Assembly: GCF_006345805.1 (NCBI RefSeq)
Contig: NC_043018.1
Location: 1,674,001 to 1,738,000 of the forward strand
DNA: 64,000 nucleotides
From: Octopus sinensis
Lineage: Eukaryota
Reading direction: 5' to 3'
Shown one piece after another: positions 57,345-64,000 of this stretch; the first letter of the stretch is position 1; each line of letters opens with the position of its first letter. The notes beneath the pieces are model-generated. The model searched no databases. It saw nothing but the letters and a program-made list of their open reading frames with translations, and was not told the DNA's origin. Made by a program: the position numbers and the translations under genes.

Positions 57345-58345
57345 AAAATATGATCACAGCAATGTGGTAACAAGCTTGCTTCTCAACCATGAGGTTCTGA
57401 GTTCAGTTCTACTGCGTGGCACCTTGGGCAACTGTTTTCTACTATAACTTCGAGTCAACCAAAATCTTGTGAGTAGATTTGGTAGACAGAAACTGGAAAA
57501 AATTCCCTCGTGTAATATGTGCATATATATATATCAGGTCATCCCATAAGTTCTGTCTGAATTTTGAATAAAGAAAGCACGTGATCAAATGTTATATTTA
57601 ATTGAAATTTAAGCATCAATGTACTTTTCTGATTATCTATGATTTCCTTCCATCTATTTTCAAGCTTTTTAATCCCACCTATGTAAAACTCTTTTGATTT
57701 CAAAGCGAAGAACTCTGAAATGTCCTTTTCGACCTCTTCAAGGCTTGCGAAAGTTATGTCCTCCAAATGATTCTGCAAACTACGATAAAAATGGTAGTCT
57801 GGAGGAGCAAGGTCAGGAGAATAAGATGGATGAGGAATTTTTTCCTAACCAAGCGCTCTTCGATCTTCTGTGGTGTGATCTTTGCAGTGTGGGGTCGCGC
57901 ATCGTTCTGATGAAATATCACTCCTTTTCGATTCACTAAACGGAGGTTTTTTCTTCAAAGCTTGGTTCAAACGCTCTAATTGCTGACATTAGACTTGTGC
58001 ATTGACTGTTACATTAAGTGGTAACAATGCAAAGTGAATTACTTCTTTGCAATCCCACCAGATAGAGAGAAGAACCTTTTTCCTATGAAGATCCCTTCTT
58101 GGTTGAGGTTGTATATATATATATATATGCATGTGTGTGTATGCGTTTTTGTTTGTATGTATGTCCCCTACCACAGCTTGATAACTGGTGTTGTTTTGTT
58201 TATGTCCCTGTAACTTAACACTTCGGCAAAAAGAAGACGATAGAATGAGTACCAGACTTAAAAGAAAAAAAAATATGAGTACCGCTGCCCTCTCAATCGA
58301 CTTGAAGTTCTTCAAGGCGGTGCCCCAGCGTGGCCATAGTCGAAT
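57345..58345 (+). mobile_element. SINE family A split by a mariner fragment (5' half 57345-57534, 3' half 58112-58345)
   Basis: CTGCGTGGCACCTTGGGCAA..GATTTGGTAGACAGAAACTG before the insert; CTTCGGCAAAA..GATAGAATGAGTACC..GGCGGTGCCCCAGCGTGGCC after. Confidence 0.8.
57535..58111 (-). pseudogene. Mariner (Tc1/mariner) transposase pseudogene, C-terminal half plus 3' terminus
   Basis: Frameshifted LHRKKVLLSIWWDCKEVIHF..TVNAQ / NRKGVIFHQNDARPHTAK / LQNHLEDITF..EFFALKSKEFYIGGIKKLENRWKEII; SYSPDLAPADYH in shifted frame. Confidence 0.92.
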
Positions 58346-58786
58346 GAGTGAAGCAGACAGTAGATTAAAAATTTATCTATCTCCTCTCTGTTTATGTTTA
58401 ACAGTCTCTGGTGGTTTTCTGGCGTTCCATCGTCGCTAAAAGAAATGGAAATTATGGTCATTTATCCTTTTTTTGAAATCGACAAGGTGTGTCTGAGATT
58501 CTGCCATGTTTTCGGTACACAATCATTTACCAAGATTTTAAGTGAAATTAATAACATGCGCAGATCACAAATATCCTTTACGATTTACACCCGCGAGGGA
58601 TTTTCTGACAGGCTGTCAATTTGAAAGTGAAGGAGCATTAAGAGGTATTTCACGTTGTTTTAAAACCTCTGCAAGCGTTTTGCTATGTTCCACCATCTTG
58701 AAGTGTATAATCAATTAATTTTTTAGATGAAATTGAAAACCATTTCAAATGCAAACTAAACCATACATTCCTTAGTCATCAATGAT

Positions 58787-59211
58787 TACTCTTTACTCTT
58801 TACTCTTTTACTTGTTTCAGTCATTTGACTGCGGCCATGCTGGAGCCCGCCTTTAGTCGAGCAAATCGACCCCGGGGATTATTCTTTGTAAGCCCCAGTA
58901 CTTATTCTATGCGGCTCTTTTTGCCGAACCGCTAAGTGACGGGGACGTAACACACACAGCATCGGTTGTCAAGCAATGCTAGGGGGACAAACACAGACAC
59001 ACAAACACACACATACCTTCTATATATATATATATAATATATATTAATATATACGACGGCTTCTTTCAGTTTCCGTCTACCAATCCACTCACAAGGCATT
59101 GGACGCCCCGTAGCTATAGCAGAGACACTTGCCAAGATGCCACGCAGTGGGACTGAACCCGGAACCATTGGTTGGTTAGCAAGCTACTTACCACATAGCC
59201 ACTCCTGCGCC
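58787..59211 (-). mobile_element. Full-length young SINE family A
   Basis: Complete head to (TAAAAGAG)n-like tail; ~88% match to 2570-2974. Confidence 0.92.
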
Positions 59212-59324
59212 TTCTGTAACAACACATGATCTTAAAAGGGTGACTGTTAAATCACATGGTACTCTCAGATGGACTGAAAACCGTATCTCGCAATTGTTTT
59301 TCTTTTCTGTTTCTTTCGGTACAG

Positions 59325-59495
59325 GCATGCGTGTGGGTGTGGTTCAGAAGCTCCCCTTGCATAGTCATAGATTCGTGTTCTGTCCAGCTGCAAGCACTGA
59401 AAGCAAATGGCTTTTGCTATAGTCCCGGGGCAAACAATATCGTGTGAATGAATTTGGTAGAGGGTAACTGTGTAGAATTGTAAAACCCACCGTTG
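59325..59495 (+). mobile_element. Degenerate SINE A 5' half
   Basis: GGGTGTGGTTCAGAAGCT..CTATAGTCCCGGGG..GTGAATGAATTTGGTAGAGGGTAACTG. Confidence 0.5.
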
Positions 59496-59505
59496 TGTGT
59501 GTGTG

Positions 59506-59545
<40 letters not shown>

Positions 59546-59609
59546 CAGAGGGACGGACGGGCGGACAGACAGACAGACAGACAGACAGATAGATAGATAT
59601 ACAGACAGC

Positions 59610-59682
<73 letters not shown>

Positions 59683-59789
59683 TTTGTGTTTGTGTCGGAA
59701 ATGTTAAGAGGCAAATTTTTATTACTATTTTGTTCATGTTATGTGATACAGGAATAAGATAACTCAAAGGGAAAACTATTATATGATCA

Positions 59790-59979
59790 ACGCCGGGCAA
59801 AATGCCTAGCAGTATTTCGTCCGTTTTTAGATTCTGAGTTCAAATTCCGCCAAGGTCGAATTTGCCTTCCATCGTTTCGGGGTTGATAAAAAAATAAGCA
59901 CCAGTCGAGAACTGATAGTCAATGTAATCGACTTGATCCACCGAAATTAACTGACCTTACGCTGAAATTTGAAACCAAT
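59790..59979 (+). mobile_element. SINE family B, 5' truncated
   Basis: CGCCGGGCAAAATGCC..TTCTGAGTTCAAATTCCGCCAAGGTCGA. Confidence 0.8.
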
Positions 59980-61136
59980 ACTTGTGTTCTTCGGTTGAGT
60001 AGCTGAGTATACCTTAGCAGGCAAGCATCATTAACAGAGTTCCAATTTCTTGATACTGGATCTGAAGACCGGTCGTTATATATAACCTGACGTTAAAGTG
60101 ATACACAAAACGGCTGAGAAATGAATCACCTGTTTAAATATCAGTCGTTTAATAATCAACACTTGAAGGGTATCTATATATGACTACATTAACTCTGTTG
60201 ATTTAGCAGACGGATTTAATTACGAGATTATCTAGGAGTGTACAATACCCTTATATCGCATGATATTTGATCTGGAAGGCTGGTTTTTCATTACACGTTC
60301 TATACGCAATAATAAGCCAGTGTTGCTGTATTGTATGGCTGTCTTGTGCAACAGCGCGTTCAACATTAAACAGAGCATCAACAACCTATATCCAGTACTA
60401 AGTGAATCTATTCCAGAATGAAGCTGACAATGGATTTCCTATCAACGTTATTATTTACGGATGCAAAATGAAACCACTAAAAACATGTCCATACGTATTT
60501 CGTAGAGTAGCAATAACACTAGAATAGTATTTCTCATTAGACATGTTCCGCCACAAACTGCAGTTGTCAAATGTATTTAATGAGGCGTAAAAATTAAGAT
60601 GTGGGAGAAAAGAGAATTAAAGATCGTTACAATAATATAGATTATCAGATTGGTTGGAATCCAGAACAGCAATAATGTGACAATTAGCGTATCTATAATG
60701 GAGTTTGTCAACTGGATGGGATGGCGCAATAACGACGGATATGGGATTTCAGTTAAAACTTTTCGAAACGACCAAAATTTATGGTCGGGTTTAAAATCCG
60801 CATTCGTATATGGGAGGAATAAAAGTGTGGGAAATTTTGGCAGGGAAATGATAGGAATTGTGATTAGAATCTTCAGATATTGAAAATATTTTAACGTAGT
60901 TTCTCAGGGCATTAAAATCACTATAAACGGCAGTTTTCATTGATATGGAATACCTTCATGATTCATACATACATATACGTATGTGTATGTATATATATAT
61001 ATATATATAATATATATATATGTATATGTATGTATAATATGATGAAGGAACGTGTTGCATACAGTGCACAGGTGCATATATATTCATACGTATACATAGA
61101 TATATACATAACACACACACACACACACAATATATT

Positions 61137-61236
61137 NNNNNNNNNNNNNNNNNNNNNNNNNNNNNNNNNNNNNNNNNNNNNNNNNNNNNNNNNNNNNNNN
61201 NNNNNNNNNNNNNNNNNNNNNNNNNNNNNNNNNNNN
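61137..61236. other. Assembly gap (100 N)
   Basis: Exactly 100 N between an (AC/TA) tract and an (ATT)n tract. Confidence 1.
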
Positions 61237-61369
61237 TATTATTATTATTATATTATTATTATTATATTATTATTATTATTATATTATTATTATTATTACT
61301 ATTGTTATTACTATTACTATTATTACTATTATTATTATTATTATTATTATTATTATCATCATCATCATC

Positions 61370-61400
<31 letters not shown>

Positions 61401-61408
61401 ATTAATTA

Positions 61409-61464
<56 letters not shown>

Positions 61465-61772
61465 TATCACAGCAGCAGAATATCAGACACAGCCTTTGTT
61501 TCTATCGAAGAATATTTTAGGGTATTTGTTCATTGACAAGATGGTGCTATTATATAATACATACGATATGTAAACGAAGCTGTGTTTTCCAGGATGGCGG
61601 TGAACATCTTTCTCCATGTGATCGGCTTGAAAAACTGTTAAGGTACTAGGATATTTTTTCTATTCTTCATAACATGAAGCTATTTATAATAATAATGGCC
61701 TTAGATCACGATTAAAGGAATCATATCCACAAATGCGTGTTGAGCACAGTTTTTTCATCGTCCGACATGTAC

Positions 61773-61822
<50 letters not shown>

Positions 61823-61824
<2 letters not shown>

Positions 61825-61986
61825 CTTTATTTAAAGCAGCAGAAAATTCAACAAAACCTGTTACTCTGAGTTTCCCGTTGCCGTTCATCGGACAGTTTCT
61901 GCTGCTTTATAAAGCATATTACTCTACCACACTGGTATTTGAGTACTCTTTTTTCCACCTTGTTTCACATTTATGTGTTTACTCCA

Positions 61987-61988
<2 letters not shown>
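61823..61988 (-). mobile_element. ~166-bp ribozyme-bearing element inside a (TA)n tract
   Basis: Complex sequence bounded on both sides by pure (TA)n. Confidence 0.65.
61832..61909 (-). ncRNA. Extended type I hammerhead ribozyme, U4C core variant
   Basis: UAAAGCAGCAGAAA CUGU CCGAUGA ACG GCAA CGG GAA ACU CAG AGUA/ACAG (12-nt bulge) UUUCUGCUGCUUUA; predicted cleavage between 61862 and 61861. Confidence 0.7.
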
Positions 61989-62042
<54 letters not shown>

Positions 62043-62507
62043 GTACGTTTATGTGTAGAAAATAAGTTCTTATACACCCAGTCTTGTGTAAATGGACATC
62101 GTTATTATACAAGGCGAACCTAAGTTAAACTGGATCTTCGATGTCGTTAGCAGTCGATGAACAATAACGAGAATAGAATAATTCGCTATCGAGAAACTCG
62201 GAGTACTGAAGGAAAGTATTACATTATCTGTGTCAGTTAGTAAACTTAGTTCTGTGTTTCCAACAATGGTGAGTTTTGAGGTCTTTGAGGGTTTGCTGTT
62301 ACACACGTGATTTGACAGTATATATATATATGTAATTCATTCTAAACACACACTCACACACAAATGCATACAAGTATGAGTTTACGAACAAGAAAAAAAA
62401 TACTCAATACAGAAGTAGAGCATAAATGTTTATTGTAGTGCTGACTTTACTCATTGTTTTTACTCAGAATTTCATGAATATAATATCTGATAGCGTTAAA
62501 GCTGCGT

Positions 62508-62558
<51 letters not shown>

Positions 62559-63492
62559 ATATATACACATATATACACACATATATGTATATATACATAC
62601 ACATATAAGTAAATATATATATATATATATTATATATGATCAACTTTAAACAATATGGTGTTTATTTTGAAATACAGTTTTTTTCTAAGTAGGAAGTTTT
62701 TCATGGAAGATCTAAAGGGTTAAAAGTCAGTGCTGGAGAATTTAAACTAAGTTGCAAAGGCAGTTAAAATTATTGCTCTATAATAAATGACGCTACAACT
62801 AAATCTAATTCTACGGTTAAAAGGAAGCAAGTTACGGGATATTACAAAAGAATCTTCAACTAGATTTGTGTTTTGGATTGGCTGTTTTTACTTCTTTTTA
62901 TTTCGTCTTTCGCTTCGGGGGTATCATTTTGCGAAGCTTCCATAACATCTATAGGCATTTGCGTTAAATGTAGAAGCAGTGACGAATGAATGTTTTGTAA
63001 ATAGTAATAGTAATATTTATAAGCTTAAAGCTTATAAACGACCACCGTGTATTGTCTAAAGAAAATAGCCTAATAGTGGGGTATATAAAGCCCACGACCT
63101 AAAAAATACTTTTTACCGTCGAGGGCTTATATGCCCCAATATTAGACTACTTTATTTAGCCAATATACGGTGATCGCTTATGGGCTTTAAGTTTACAATT
63201 ATTATTATTTGCATCTGTAGACATCCTGGATATAATTTCGTCATAGTTTGCCTCATAAATTTCTTCGGTACTTTCAATGGAATTCTTTCGTTGTCAGTGA
63301 AAAACAGAACCAATATCAGTGAAATTCGTTTCCGGGTTTTGTTTCAAAATTGAAGTGATTTTTGTCTGGTTTTCTTCTCTGTTGGTCATTTAAGGATCAC
63401 CTTCATCCATTTCTCCTTTATTTGCAGTTGTTCCATAACAGCTCAAGAATTGTCGTAGCTGTCCGATGTAAATATCATATCTTGAGGTTTAC

Positions 63493-63817
63493 TTCCTTGA
63501 AAATTTACTCGTTTTAATAGCATTGATTGCAGCAATTTTATTCAGTTTGACGATGGGGTCAACTCTGGAGCTATCGTCTGCTTTCGCTCTTTCATTGTCT
63601 CCGACATCAACACTATTGCTACGTCCTCCACTGTTGATTGAAATTTTCTCCTGGCAGCAATCTGTCGGCGAACTAACCGCAGTAGAAGTGTTATTACTAT
63701 TAATAATGCTAACTGAAGAAGTAGAGATTGCTGTTGTCGTAGCTGCACTTGTTGCTGTTTCTGCGGCGGGTTTAATGGCTAGAAACTTGTTAAGTTGACT
63801 ATGTTTTATGAAGTCTC
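63493..63817 (-). CDS. Candidate internal coding exon (S/T/N-rich, unknown protein) or part of a decayed gene
   Basis: 116 stop-free codons (63839-63492) in non-repetitive DNA; acceptor TATTCCAG before 63817, donor AA|GTAAAC after 63493. Confidence 0.35.
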
Positions 63818-64000
63818 CTGGAATAGATTTATACCATATTTAATACCTCTTCTCTGACGAACATTAATTAATTTACACAGCCATTAGTCAAATGCAAATA
63901 TGAAGATGAAATGTAGAGTATGACCTAACAAAATACACACATACACACACACACACAACAGACCCTCCCAATAGAACAAACGCCACCGAAAAAAACACAC

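Noticed and set aside
63156-63491. Stop codons recoded to Trp by A-to-I editing
   Set aside because: Two are TAA needing double editing, no local dsRNA structure was seen, and splicing or decay explains them more simply

Overview
Eukaryotic, AT-rich, extremely microsatellite-dense genomic DNA. It is most likely from an octopus (coleoid cephalopod); this is inferred from the SINE families and repeat landscape, not proven. No intact protein-coding gene is recognisable, and nearly all listed ORFs are translations of (TA)n, (TATC)n, (AAT)n and similar repeats. The window is a mosaic of three tRNA-headed SINE groups (here A, B and C; about 30 copies), LINE 3' fragments (RTE, CR1 and two restriction-like-endonuclease R4/NeSL-type), a mariner transposase remnant nested in a SINE, mariner MITEs, a non-autonomous Helitron, a 2.6 kb (AAT/GAT)n array and one 100-N gap. 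The main discovery is hammerhead ribozyme folds in short Penelope-like fragments embedded in microsatellites. One has a fully canonical core (45179-45241, minus). One is an extended type I with a U4C core variant (61832-61909, minus). A three-copy family has a non-canonical core (about 9.3, 25.7 and 27.1 kb). All have a self-complementary stem III, which suggests cleavage as dimers. A candidate coding exon or decayed gene lies at 63.2-63.8 kb (minus).
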